64,000 nucleotides of DNA, from IMG/VR virus record IMGVR_UViG_3300014914_000004, positions 1-64,000 of that record. One strand, given 5' to 3'. Shown here piece after piece: positions 25,120-35,069 of the stretch; position 1 is the first letter of the stretch, and each line of letters opens with the position of its first letter. Source of the stretch: a virus. The notes beneath the pieces were generated by a model, which was not told where the DNA came from, did no database searches, and saw only the letters and a program-made list of their open reading frames with translations. The translations under genes and the position numbers were made by a program.

Positions 25120-27249
25120 TTATGTCTGTAATCGTCTCTTAGCAAATTTCTGCACTTGTGTAAAGTTATCGCGAATACGGTTGAGGCCTAGGGCCTTTGT
25201 AATCTTAGCCCCGTAATTCTGACTTTTCGTTGCGTTTGCTAGGATGACTTTTGCGTCATTACCAGTAGCACTGCCTGTCCAGATACGAGGGTCCAGGATT
25301 GCTGCTATCCCGTAATCCTTTTGAGTTCGGATAAGACGTCCCACCCCCTGTTTAAGTGTAAATACCATCCTAGGGAATGATACATGGTAGAATCCCGCTA
25401 TATCACCAGGTGTAAGTTTAGTCAGGGTTTTTATGATAGGGTCATTTGCGTGAGGGAAAGGCAGCTTGGGTATGATTACGAGCTGCAGCTTAGGGCCCTT
25501 TACGTCTACCCCCTCCCAGAAAGTTTTGAGTCCATACAGTATGCAGTTGTCTGTTTCCCTGTACTTCTGGAGAAGTGGAGTGGCATCTTCTTGATGAATG
25601 AGTGTAGTCAGCCCTGGTTGAGGGAAGTATCTTTCGCGATAGGCTGCTACTTCATCCATATCACTCCGCGCACTGAACAATACAAAGGCGTTTCCTTTGG
25701 TGAGGTTTGTTAGACGCACAATTTCTTTTGTGATGGCTGCAATCCATTCCGTGCGTTTTTTTGGCGGGCTACCAAAGTTTGCGGGGGGAGGGATGTGCCG
25801 GGGGAGATATAGGAGCGCTTGTTCGTCGAGGTTGAAAGGGCTTTCATACGTTGCGGTAATTACATCACATTTGGATTTTTCACCCAAACCCACTTCGTTT
25901 CTTATGTGTGTAAAGTCGGAGTTTATTTGTAAGGTAGCGGAAGTGAACACCTTATTCGTGATACAGTTTAGCTGCGGGCCTACAATAGGACCCATTTTTA
26001 CCGGAAGAATACTAAGAGCATCTCTCTCCGTATCTATCGTTAGTATCCAGTTATTGATGTATTCCTTTTTGAACTTAGCACAAAAACGTAAGAGGCTGTC
26101 GCATTTGCGCGAAGCTGCTGCTATAGCGCCCATATGTACCATGGCGTTATCCGCACTTACTGCGTAGTGCTCATTTACTACACACCTTGTGTTTAGTTCT
26201 TTCGACACAAATACGAGCTTTTCTTGTAAGAACTGCGCGGAGCGTGCGATGTCTTGCGTATGTGTCTGATGCCTTGTAATGTCAGATGCGATACGTGTGA
26301 CTTTATCGTAGGAGCCTTGAATACTATTGTACAGATCACGCACTTCACCTTCCAATTTTTCTATCGCAGGTATGATGAAACGTAGCATGGTGCGCCCCAA
26401 AGAGGCCTCAAAGACGTCAGACTTCAGGTTTGGATTCGAAAATAAAATAGCATTAAGTTTAGCTGCAAAACTTTTCGATATTGTGTGTTCGTACGCTGAA
26501 CGGAAAGCGTCAGAAGCTTTGTGCGCCTCATCTACTATGAGTGTGTCGTACTCCCCGAACAAATTTCCCGCCCCCAGCATTAAATCGATCCCCAGAAGGT
26601 GGTGATTCACTATCAGAATATCCGCAGACTGAGGGTCTAGGCGGCAACCTTGTGTGTAGTGTGGACACTTAATTCCTATGCAGTTTTCCGCTGAGATCGA
26701 AGTCCACCAGGAGGGGACAGGGCCTTCCCAATCATCTCGGTCAGCAGGTGCGTTGGACCCGCGTGCGTTTCCGATCAGTTCGGAGTATTGCTCACGTTCT
26801 TCACTGGTAGCTTTCCTCGGAGTTAATTGCCAGCATGCATAGTTGCCGCGTCCTTTATACAGCATAGCTTTCTTGTCAAAGAGCCCGAGTTGTTGAAGTA
26901 GAAAAGCCAGATCTTTATCGTAGAGTTGGGATTGGAGTCCTTTGGTAGTAGTCGCAATTACAACCCTGCGGTTTGCAAGTAAGGGTGGAACTAAGTAGGC
27001 AAAACTTTTTCCAATCCCGGTTCCGCCTTCTGCGAAGAATGCTTGGCTAGTGAGCCCTGCACTTAGAAAGTCTTCTATCTCTTCAGCGAGAGCCAGTTGG
27101 GAAGGTCGCGATTCCTGAGCTATATCAAACGCCCCATCCTTGAAGATGTCAAGACAGGTTATCTCGAAAGGGAGGCCGCACACGGTACAATTTTCTATCG
27201 GAGGATCAATATTGTAGGGAAACATAATCTTACATTTAGGGCAGTACAT
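25120..27249 (-). CDS. dinG: DinG/YoaA-family Fe-S SF2 DNA helicase with N-terminal Zn ribbon
   Basis: Q motif (RPSQ), Walker A GGTGIGKS, KGRGNYAC, CIGIKC..C, DEAH, TSATL, FWEGVD, QGVGRLIR. Confidence 0.9.
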   Translation of the reverse strand: MYCPKCKIMFPYNIDPPIENCTVCGLPFEITCLDIFKDGAFDIAQESRPSQLALAEEIEDFLSAGLTSQAFFAEGGTGIGKSFAYLVPPLLANRRVVIATTTKGLQSQLYDKDLAFLLQQLGLFDKKAMLYKGRGNYACWQLTPRKATSEEREQYSELIGNARGSNAPADRDDWEGPVPSWWTSISAENCIGIKCPHYTQGCRLDPQSADILIVNHHLLGIDLMLGAGNLFGEYDTLIVDEAHKASDAFRSAYEHTISKSFAAKLNAILFSNPNLKSDVFEASLGRTMLRFIIPAIEKLEGEVRDLYNSIQGSYDKVTRIASDITRHQTHTQDIARSAQFLQEKLVFVSKELNTRCVVNEHYAVSADNAMVHMGAIAAASRKCDSLLRFCAKFKKEYINNWILTIDTERDALSILPVKMGPIVGPQLNCITNKVFTSATLQINSDFTHIRNEVGLGEKSKCDVITATYESPFNLDEQALLYLPRHIPPPANFGSPPKKRTEWIAAITKEIVRLTNLTKGNAFVLFSARSDMDEVAAYRERYFPQPGLTTLIHQEDATPLLQKYRETDNCILYGLKTFWEGVDVKGPKLQLVIIPKLPFPHANDPIIKTLTKLTPGDIAGFYHVSFPRMVFTLKQGVGRLIRTQKDYGIAAILDPRIWTGSATGNDAKVILANATKSQNYGAKITKALGLNRIRDNFTQVQKFAKRRLQT

Positions 27250-27284
27250 GTTACGAGCCTCTTTCTTCTTTAGGGGTAGACTTC

Positions 27285-27293
27285 CTTATACCA
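27285..27293 (-). promoter_or_regulatory. candidate phage promoter motif TGGTATAAG
   Basis: 35 nt upstream of the dinG start in a divergent intergenic region. Confidence 0.45.
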
Positions 27294-27342
27294 ATCTTTT
27301 CCGTTATAGTGGAGCGCATAACACACAGAAAAGGAGCGCACC

Positions 27343-27990
27343 ATGCCAGGGATTGACGAGAAAACGGGACAGCCGATGATTGGGGATGACACTGACTTCG
27401 AAGGGCCGAAGGATAATAGTCCGAGAGGAAGCACTGTACCTCGTAAAGCTGCGAAGATTGAGCAGACATTGAACGAGATGGATGAGTCCATACCTGACGT
27501 AGAGGCAGCCCTGCGTGAGTCCACCCCGGAGGAACAGGCGCGGGAATACCGCGATAACCTTAAAGAGGTAGGTGTGACGCGCGAAGAAGCACTTAGTATC
27601 CAGGAGTCCGTAATGGTGGATGGGTACTACGAGGAGTCTTTTCTGGTAGGCAAGACTACAGTGGTACTGCGGAGCCGACTCTACTTGGACACCCAACGAG
27701 TGTATCAGGCTTTGGAAGCCAGAGACCTCGCTCTTGCTGCAACCATACAGGACTTTGTCAGCAGGTATAACCTGGCAGCTTCTATTGTTAGTATCGGATC
27801 ACGCAAATACCCCCATGTAGGAGATCCTCTCAACGCGCCTGAGTCGGAGTTTGACGAAGCTTTCGAGAAAAGATTACACATGATATCGCGTCTTCCAGAG
27901 TTTATGGCGTCTCGTCTAATGGAGTCGGTCTTCAAGTTTGACCGTAAGATGCGTGCGATCTTTGCGGAAGGTGCGCCCCAGGATTTTTAA
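27343..27990 (+). CDS. tail assembly chaperone (gpG-like)
   Basis: AAGGAG RBS; acidic; ends at slippery G GAT TTT TAA two genes upstream of the tape measure. Confidence 0.75.
   Translation: MPGIDEKTGQPMIGDDTDFEGPKDNSPRGSTVPRKAAKIEQTLNEMDESIPDVEAALRESTPEEQAREYRDNLKEVGVTREEALSIQESVMVDGYYEESFLVGKTTVVLRSRLYLDTQRVYQALEARDLALAATIQDFVSRYNLAASIVSIGSRKYPHVGDPLNAPESEFDEAFEKRLHMISRLPEFMASRLMESVFKFDRKMRAIFAEGAPQDF
27981..27987 (+). other. programmed -1 ribosomal frameshift site GGATTTT
   Basis: The -1 frame reads GGA TTT TTA AAT TCG GCA ATG into ORF 27999, which has no SD. Confidence 0.75.
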
Positions 27991-27998
27991 ATTCGGCA

Positions 27999-28358
27999 AT
28001 GGGACACACGCGAGCGTATGCATATGTTCGCGGCTCACCGTTGCCGAAAGGCGGCTCATTTCAAGAACAGATGCTTTCGGAGACAATCCTTCGAGAGCGT
28101 AACGAGAAGTACACTCTTGTGTCCCTTTTTATTCGTCTGCTAGGACGCATGGCGGAGGTCAGACCTGATGACATAGATCATTTGTTAGAAACATATAGGG
28201 AAGAGCTGTACCAGTTCAGGTATAATTCAGAGTATGTTACGTCACAACAAAAACGTAAACGTACAGATGCAGCCAATGAACGGGTACTAGCGCGACAGTT
28301 TAAACGGCTTGATGATATGACTGTCACTGATGAGGACATACCGAATGAGGATGACTAA
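27999..28358 (+). CDS. tail assembly chaperone T part (G-T fusion)
   Basis: In the -1 frame relative to 27343; TAATG-coupled to the tape measure. Confidence 0.7.
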   Translation: MGHTRAYAYVRGSPLPKGGSFQEQMLSETILRERNEKYTLVSLFIRLLGRMAEVRPDDIDHLLETYREELYQFRYNSEYVTSQQKRKRTDAANERVLARQFKRLDDMTVTDEDIPNEDD

Positions 28359-31300
28359 TGTCTAATGGTTACAACCCTATGCAGGCCAACCTGGGATTGA
28401 TGTCAGGGCAGGGTAGCCGCGTAATGACTCCTTCTGATATAGCCACGTCGTTGTCGCAGCAGGCAAGTGCCCAACTTTCACAGGCAGAGTCTATGTCTCC
28501 TGTAGCACGTGGAGGAGGCTCCTCGTTTAATTTTGGACAACAGTTTCAGGCCCAGCTTGGGCAGATACAGCAGCAGCAGTCTCTGGGAGTATACCAGGCT
28601 GCGATGATGGCCGGAGCTATGCCGGGAGCCCAGGGGTACTCGGGAGGGATGGTGCCTTCCCCGCTTACAATGACGCCTCCGTCCACGGGAGCGTTTCGAC
28701 CTCCTGCTCCTCCTCCTATGATGGCACCTATCTCGCCTACACCAATTATGCCTGTAGCCAGTACACCACTTACTCCTCGAGCTCCAAGCCCTATATTCCA
28801 GACTGCGTGGGATCAGGAAGTGCGGCAAAGAGAGGCGCGTGCAGACCAGTTGTTTGCATATCAGGCCCAGGCTCCCAGGGCTATTGGCCAAGGTGCGGGG
28901 TACGGTATTGGGGCGTTAGCGGGTGGAATGCTCGGGGCCAGGTTCGGAGGACTGGGAAAAATTGCAGGTGCAGCTATCGGAGCTGGAGCAGCTCATTTTA
29001 GTGGAGCAGCTCAGGGGTTGGGAGATGTGTCGATGCTTCCGATGCAGTCTACTATTCAGGCGCATTCGATGGGTGCCGCTCTCCAACGCTCTTCTCAGGA
29101 TTGGGTGGTAAGTGGCCCACAACTTCATCCGTTAGGAAGAGGGCTTAATCGAGGAGCGTCACAGCAGTTAGCGTCGGGAATACAGAGCATGGCTGAAGAC
29201 TCTTCGTTCCAACAGTCTACTGGGGGAATGTTCAACCAGAAAGACCTGATGAAGATTACACAGCTTTCAGGGCAGGCTGGATTGATGGATATGGAGCAGA
29301 GTATCCCGGGAATACAGCAGAACCTGCGTAGAGTGAGTCAGGCGATAAGCAGTTTCATGGAGCTTACTAACCAGCCTGATGTTGTCACTGTAGTTAAACA
29401 GATGGGACAGCTACGGCAGTTAGGTTTTGGTGTGGATCAGATGGATGAAGCTGCACAGGGGATGCGTAGCTTCTCCAGAGCGGCAGGGACATCTATACAG
29501 GGTGCGATGCAGCAGTATGGAATGCCTGGAGCCATGACGTACCAGCAGGCAGGACTAATGGCCGGTCCAGGTATGCAGTATGGAATGTATTCAGGAGCTA
29601 CAGCACGGCAAGGAGTGGCTGGAGGAGTATATAATACGCAACAGCTATCTATGCTTGGTGGCGTAGGTGGAATTGCTCAGCGTAATATGCAGGCACAGGC
29701 AGCGATGTTGTCCATGCCTCTTTTTGGGGCTGCAGCAGGACAGTATGGTGCCGGTGGCTGGGGAATGAATGCGAATAGTCTGGCTCAGATGGGAAGTTCC
29801 GGAAGTGGCGGAGCCCAGGGGATGGTGTTGAACGCTGTTCAGAATATGGGTAACGCTGTCCAGAGTGGTGGGGTAGGTGCAATGGCCATGTTTGGGCTGC
29901 AACAGCGCCAGGTTCAATCTCAGGCAGCTAACGCTATGACCCCGTACGAGCAGACAGTAATGCGTTTCAGGATGGCACGGGAGACAGGACAAGGTTTAGG
30001 CCTGAAAGGTGCCGGCGCATTTGCAGTAGGAGCACAGTCTCTATTTGGGAAAGAAGTTGCTGAGCAGATGATGATAGAAGCTAGTGATCCCGATCACTGG
30101 AGACAACAGCGGGATATGATTTCCCGACGACAAGAGGATATTTCTCGCCAACAGCGTGATGAGATACGGGAAGCTGCTCCTGGAATGTTTGGGCAGATTG
30201 CGGGTGCTGTAACACCTAAAGACACTACTATGCGCAATGTTAAGGACGCTTGGTTACGTCCCTTCGGAAAGCTATCGCGCATAATAGGTGAAGGGATGGA
30301 TGACTCTAGTGATTTTAAACGTAGGAATTCGGCGTGGGAGGAAGGGCGCCTCTATTCTCGTACGCCTACAGAGTTTATTGCATCATCTAAGAGTGCGCGT
30401 AGGGCGCAGGAGCAGTGGGAAGCAGGCGCTACTGGGGAAATGTTGGGAGGAACAAAAGGTGTTGGGGGACTAGCACAGGCTGATCCGATACAGGCATACC
30501 ACGATGTTATGTCTTACCAGGATCGTCGTGGGCCTGAGGGAAGTGCGCACGTAGCTGGAGGGATGAGTGCGAAAGACATAGATCAAGGGATAGAATTTGT
30601 GGGGACAGTGTTGGATTACGCTACTCCTGCAGGCTTGGCGTCAGCTGTCGGAGGATTTGATATGTCAGACATCTTGCGCCATACGTACGGTACAGGTTTG
30701 TCAGCGGCACACGGTAATCAGTATGTAAAAAAAGCGGGAGCCTTTGCGTCTGGGAGGACTTCCAAGACACGCCAGATGTTTAAAGGTATGGGAGGAGCTT
30801 CTCGTACAGGAGAAGCTTCCGCTGGAATGTATTCCAATTTGGAGAAGGCCTTTGGGCTTGAAGCAGGTACCGGCTTCCAAACGGTATCGGGTGTGGGTGC
30901 GCGGATTGGAGTAGCAGCTCGAGAGGGAGATAGTGTTTTTGGGGATGCATTTTCGGATCGCATCGACCAGGGCACCGCTCGAAATGCTGCTATTCAGGAG
31001 ATGGCCGGCAGGTCTGGGAAGTCGATAGAAGAAGCGACAAGGATATATGACTCGTTATCGGAGCAGGATAGAGCGGGGTTTGAGAGTTTAGGCGTAAAAA
31101 ATGCGTTAGAGACCGGAAGTGCAGAGACTAAAGAAGCTATTTCTCGTGCGCAAGAGCTGTCTCTAGGGTCAGAAGCGCGGCGTCAATCAGGGTATACTCA
31201 GGCCGACATGAAGATGACTCAAATGAGGATGCGTAAGTTTGAGAGTGCACTTGGAATTCCTGAGGGAGAGCAGACCGAAAAATACCGAGAGTTTACGAAG

Positions 31301-32107
31301 CAGGGAACGGGCAGTGAACTGATGATGGCAGCGCTTGAGTCCGGAGCAAATCTGACCGGAGAACAGCGTGAAGTGTTTGAGAGGATGGCCAGACAGAAGT
31401 TCATGAAAGAGCGTGGATTTGAGTCTACAACATCCAAAGAGTTCCAGGTAGCATTCAACAAGGCACAGTCGGACGTGGGCAAAGGCTACATGGGAGGCAA
31501 AGAGGTTTTTGATTCTGATGCCAGAACACGACTGCGGACTATACTGGAATCAAAAGGTATGCAGGAAAATGCACAACATGGTGCAGCGGCGTTAGCGGGA
31601 CATCAGGTGCTGCAGCGTGGTCAGATATCTCAGGCGCAGCAGGCGGCGGCAGTGAGTAAGGTAATTAACCCGTTGATAGGGGGTACGGTTACAGGGGTGG
31701 ATGATTTCGAGAGACTAGGCAAAGAAGACCTCTCTTCTCTTATCCGAGGAGGACATCGCGGGATAGTTGAGCAGGTAGCTGTCTTACAGGGACAAGGTAG
31801 TGCGGAGGAAAAAAGTGAAGCAAGGGCGAATATACAACGGATGCTCAGCTCTGCAGGTCAAGGGCTGGTAGAAGAGACAGAAGAAACGACGATTAGGAAG
31901 GGCATGGGACGTGAGTACTCAGATCTGCAGCGCTCACATAAAGCAGTCGGCGGTATAGGCGCAGAACTTGGCGAAGATTTCCGTCCTGCAGGGAAAGGCG
32001 TAGGAGCGTACTTTAACGAGGAAAGCACTAAGAACTTTAAGGAAGGTGCTGAAGCGCTAAACGAGGCTGCAAATGCGATGCAGGCCGCAGCATTGAGGGT
32101 ACCATAA
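28358..32107 (+). CDS. tape measure protein
   Basis: 1249 aa, Ala/Gly/Gln/Met-rich and helical; follows the G/GT frameshift pair. Confidence 0.8.
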   Translation: MSNGYNPMQANLGLMSGQGSRVMTPSDIATSLSQQASAQLSQAESMSPVARGGGSSFNFGQQFQAQLGQIQQQQSLGVYQAAMMAGAMPGAQGYSGGMVPSPLTMTPPSTGAFRPPAPPPMMAPISPTPIMPVASTPLTPRAPSPIFQTAWDQEVRQREARADQLFAYQAQAPRAIGQGAGYGIGALAGGMLGARFGGLGKIAGAAIGAGAAHFSGAAQGLGDVSMLPMQSTIQAHSMGAALQRSSQDWVVSGPQLHPLGRGLNRGASQQLASGIQSMAEDSSFQQSTGGMFNQKDLMKITQLSGQAGLMDMEQSIPGIQQNLRRVSQAISSFMELTNQPDVVTVVKQMGQLRQLGFGVDQMDEAAQGMRSFSRAAGTSIQGAMQQYGMPGAMTYQQAGLMAGPGMQYGMYSGATARQGVAGGVYNTQQLSMLGGVGGIAQRNMQAQAAMLSMPLFGAAAGQYGAGGWGMNANSLAQMGSSGSGGAQGMVLNAVQNMGNAVQSGGVGAMAMFGLQQRQVQSQAANAMTPYEQTVMRFRMARETGQGLGLKGAGAFAVGAQSLFGKEVAEQMMIEASDPDHWRQQRDMISRRQEDISRQQRDEIREAAPGMFGQIAGAVTPKDTTMRNVKDAWLRPFGKLSRIIGEGMDDSSDFKRRNSAWEEGRLYSRTPTEFIASSKSARRAQEQWEAGATGEMLGGTKGVGGLAQADPIQAYHDVMSYQDRRGPEGSAHVAGGMSAKDIDQGIEFVGTVLDYATPAGLASAVGGFDMSDILRHTYGTGLSAAHGNQYVKKAGAFASGRTSKTRQMFKGMGGASRTGEASAGMYSNLEKAFGLEAGTGFQTVSGVGARIGVAAREGDSVFGDAFSDRIDQGTARNAAIQEMAGRSGKSIEEATRIYDSLSEQDRAGFESLGVKNALETGSAETKEAISRAQELSLGSEARRQSGYTQADMKMTQMRMRKFESALGIPEGEQTEKYREFTKQGTGSELMMAALESGANLTGEQREVFERMARQKFMKERGFESTTSKEFQVAFNKAQSDVGKGYMGGKEVFDSDARTRLRTILESKGMQENAQHGAAALAGHQVLQRGQISQAQQAAAVSKVINPLIGGTVTGVDDFERLGKEDLSSLIRGGHRGIVEQVAVLQGQGSAEEKSEARANIQRMLSSAGQGLVEETEETTIRKGMGREYSDLQRSHKAVGGIGAELGEDFRPAGKGVGAYFNEESTKNFKEGAEALNEAANAMQAAALRVP

Positions 32108-32340
32108 TGACAGTTACAACATTGACACGTACACCCCGCAAACACCAGATCCCACCTCGGGCTGAGGCATGGATTCGGTATATAAACGACTCTTTACTCC
32201 GTAATGTTTCTTTGGGAGAAGACGCCACTTCTGTTATTCTTCCTCCACTGGTAGAGAGAGCGTATATGCTTCTTAACGAGACCACACCCCTGGACACTGA
32301 GCTGTACCCCGAAGGTACACCGTTCAGAAGGAGACAGTAG
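32107..32340 (+). CDS. hypothetical protein
   Basis: TAATG coupling. Confidence 0.6.
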   Translation: MTVTTLTRTPRKHQIPPRAEAWIRYINDSLLRNVSLGEDATSVILPPLVERAYMLLNETTPLDTELYPEGTPFRRRQ

Positions 32341-33375
32341 ATGCCTAAAGCTTCACCTCCAATAGTACCGTTGGATTCGGGCATAATAGACAGGCTTCGA
32401 GCCATTAACAGTGGCGCTTCTGAGGAAGAGGCCAACGACATTTTAGCAGATGAACGCATAACGTGGGATGCAGCTAAGTTGTATTTGGACGGGTCTAACA
32501 AAAATTCAGGACGAGATCCGTATGCGCAGGGAGTGTTCGCTGGTTGGCCTGCGATGACCCCCAAGTATATGCGGCACGTCCAGGGACGTAGTGCTGGGGC
32601 ACAGACGACGATGGCGCGTATGTATGTGAAGGCGCGACTAGGTAAAGGGTCGAGTGCTGCGGCGAAAAAGTACAAACGTTTCTCGGCTTTGCTTGATTCT
32701 TTTCCAGAGCCGGGCACCCAAGAGATCGCCTCTATTCTTATGGGTGACGGGTCAGAGGTTGGAGGGTTAGGTTATTTTGATTTTTTCTTACAACGTGTAG
32801 ACCATCCTATTCATGAGAAATTTCAGGTAGTGGAGACTCTTTCGGATAACTATGTAGCGTTCTTCTTTGGGCAGCAGGCACCAGTGTTTAGCTATTCTGG
32901 TGTGGTGATGAATACCTACCAGGATGATTGGGCTATGCGCCTTTTACGAATGTTCAGGGACATTACCCGGGGATCACAGTTAGCCCGGAGAGGACTGCTT
33001 TTCTATATTAAGTATGATTCTATGATTGTTTCCGGCGCTATGATGAATCTCCATTTTACGATAAACGCATCTACGGAGACAGCAGTACCTTTCTCATTCC
33101 AGCTGTTAGTCAAGAAAGTACATATTGTACAGGGAGGAATAGCACCTCCTACTATGGCACCGGAAGGCGACACTTTTATTCCTGAGAACTATCAGCTTGT
33201 AGAGACTAAGTATACAAAGTTGACACCTAAGGTATCTAAGCCTTCAGGAGAGAATGTGACAGGAGGGACAGTCCAAACGCCTGCTGCAGGGGGTGATTCA
33301 GGCGAAATTGAAGCTTACGTTTACGATGACAGTCCGACTTTCATGGATGGTGCGTACGCACCCTTTAGCGATTAA
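32341..33375 (+). CDS. tail-tube-fold baseplate/tube initiator-like protein
   Basis: Position after the TMP; FFLQ...EKFQVVETL..YVAFFFG..PVFSYSG beta pattern. Confidence 0.5.
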   Translation: MPKASPPIVPLDSGIIDRLRAINSGASEEEANDILADERITWDAAKLYLDGSNKNSGRDPYAQGVFAGWPAMTPKYMRHVQGRSAGAQTTMARMYVKARLGKGSSAAAKKYKRFSALLDSFPEPGTQEIASILMGDGSEVGGLGYFDFFLQRVDHPIHEKFQVVETLSDNYVAFFFGQQAPVFSYSGVVMNTYQDDWAMRLLRMFRDITRGSQLARRGLLFYIKYDSMIVSGAMMNLHFTINASTETAVPFSFQLLVKKVHIVQGGIAPPTMAPEGDTFIPENYQLVETKYTKLTPKVSKPSGENVTGGTVQTPAAGGDSGEIEAYVYDDSPTFMDGAYAPFSD

Positions 33376-33423
33376 AGATACATATGGAAGGATTTATAAG
33401 TACGGACAACAAAAAAACATGCA

Positions 33424-33437
33424 CTTTCTCGTATCAT
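33424..33437 (+). promoter_or_regulatory. candidate -10-only promoter CTTTCTCGTATCAT
   Basis: 13/14 identical to CTTTCTCGTATTAT at 61988-62001(-); both precede transcription-unit starts. Confidence 0.45.
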
Positions 33438-33457
33438 TGTGTGAGGAGTATACGTAG

Positions 33458-34981
33458 ATGGCTAATGCGGCTAATTTTAGAATAAACCAACTCTCTGCAG
33501 GTACGTACGGCTTAGCTCGGCGGGACATACTGCCTACAACGTTGGCCGGAGTTCCAGCCCAGTTTGAAGCCCTCAATCCAGGGCTCACGTACTTGTGGGA
33601 AATAATTCAGCCTCCCGGATCAACGGCTACAATAGCGACACCTAATGCCCAGACAACCACCTGCAACGTTGAAAGCCGTGGCGGTTACGTCGTAAAGCTG
33701 ACTGTAAATTTCGGCCTCCCGACCGAAGATGTATGTCTTATCTACATAGGGCTTGCGTACAGCACGAGCGGGTTATGTGGCCCAGCGCTCAACGAGACTA
33801 TCGAAGATAATAGCCTGGGTACTCCCGAGTATGGTTGGGGTGAAAAGTTTCTTGTGTGGATGGCATGGGTAGAAGCCAATATTGGAGGAGGCTCTGGAGG
33901 GTTAAACTGGGGAGTCAGCGAGAAGGCCAGCAGTTACTCCGTACAGTCAACAGATAAGTACAGTATTTTCATTTCAAATCCTGCGGTAGCCACCGATGTT
34001 ACGTTTACGCTCCCTTCTCTGGCGTCCGTTCCCAACTTAGGTGACCCGTATTTCTTCTATCGAGGAGGCGACAGCACTGTAGGGAATGTCATAATTACTA
34101 CGCCTGACGGTGTTTTAGCGGAATCAGGAGCATTAGAAGCTTTCCAGTCGTCTAAGCTGCAATGTACCAACCCGGGAGGAGGGATTCGAGTAGAGCTGCT
34201 TTCCATTGCGGGAGGGATACCTCTATGGGGATGCTTCCCTCTTAGCGGTGAGTGGTACGATCCTGATATTTATGGTGCGATACATGACGCATCTTGGGAT
34301 ATTCTTCCTGTTCGAGTGGATGATGATAAGTATTTTTCTAAGAGTGGGGAGAGCCCCTTTGGGTACGGCACAGGCGGACCTACTGCAGTTCGGTTAGGCC
34401 ATCAGTATGCGCTCGCCCAGGGCATGTTCTCATTCGCACACGGTGACCAGTGTGACGCGCAGGATGCGTTCAGTTCTGCTACCGGACGCGGTGGGTGGGC
34501 ACACTGGGATGCAGCCAAAGCACATGCGGCAGGATTTAAGTTAGACATTACAGGCCTTCCTATGCGGGGAAGCATGCAAATGGTGGACGTACCGATTTAC
34601 GGTTACGCCGTAAGCACTGACTCTGCTGCTGTGTACGTAACAAATAAGGGGCGTGAGACGGTAGCTGCGTCTATCGATCTGGAGCTTGGAAGTCAGCGGG
34701 CGTACGTAGGGCAGGTGTATTTGGTGGGAAAAGAGCAGAGCGCCGTTATTCCGGCAGTAGCTGCGTATATTATGGACTTTGTGATCGATGATAATAGGCT
34801 TGTAGGCAAGAACATCCTGCAGGTAGGGCGAGACACTAACGCTCATATCGATGACTGGGATGTAGACCTGGATATTGTTGGAACGGATAAGCTAGGTATT
34901 TCCGTAGAAGTGGATGATGGCACGGTGTGGTGGAGTGGCCGCATTATGCTTTCTGAGATGTACGCTGAAGATCGACCGTAG
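33458..34981 (+). CDS. fibre/adhesin protein with N-terminal PKD/Ig-like domain
   Basis: YLWEIIQPPGS...GGYVVKLTV; YadA-like SFAHG repeats; shared C-terminal domain. Confidence 0.65.
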   Translation: MANAANFRINQLSAGTYGLARRDILPTTLAGVPAQFEALNPGLTYLWEIIQPPGSTATIATPNAQTTTCNVESRGGYVVKLTVNFGLPTEDVCLIYIGLAYSTSGLCGPALNETIEDNSLGTPEYGWGEKFLVWMAWVEANIGGGSGGLNWGVSEKASSYSVQSTDKYSIFISNPAVATDVTFTLPSLASVPNLGDPYFFYRGGDSTVGNVIITTPDGVLAESGALEAFQSSKLQCTNPGGGIRVELLSIAGGIPLWGCFPLSGEWYDPDIYGAIHDASWDILPVRVDDDKYFSKSGESPFGYGTGGPTAVRLGHQYALAQGMFSFAHGDQCDAQDAFSSATGRGGWAHWDAAKAHAAGFKLDITGLPMRGSMQMVDVPIYGYAVSTDSAAVYVTNKGRETVAASIDLELGSQRAYVGQVYLVGKEQSAVIPAVAAYIMDFVIDDNRLVGKNILQVGRDTNAHIDDWDVDLDIVGTDKLGISVEVDDGTVWWSGRIMLSEMYAEDRP

Positions 34982-34984
34982 TAC

Positions 34985-35013
34985 TTGCCGTTCTGTTCGG
35001 CTCTCCCTATATT
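34985..35013 (+). promoter_or_regulatory. sigma70-type promoter
   Basis: TTGCCG-N17-TATATT upstream of 35070. Confidence 0.55.
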
Positions 35014-35069
35014 TTTGAATAAGAATACCTCGTAACTGTGTGCCATGAGCCGCAAGGAGAAGATACGCT

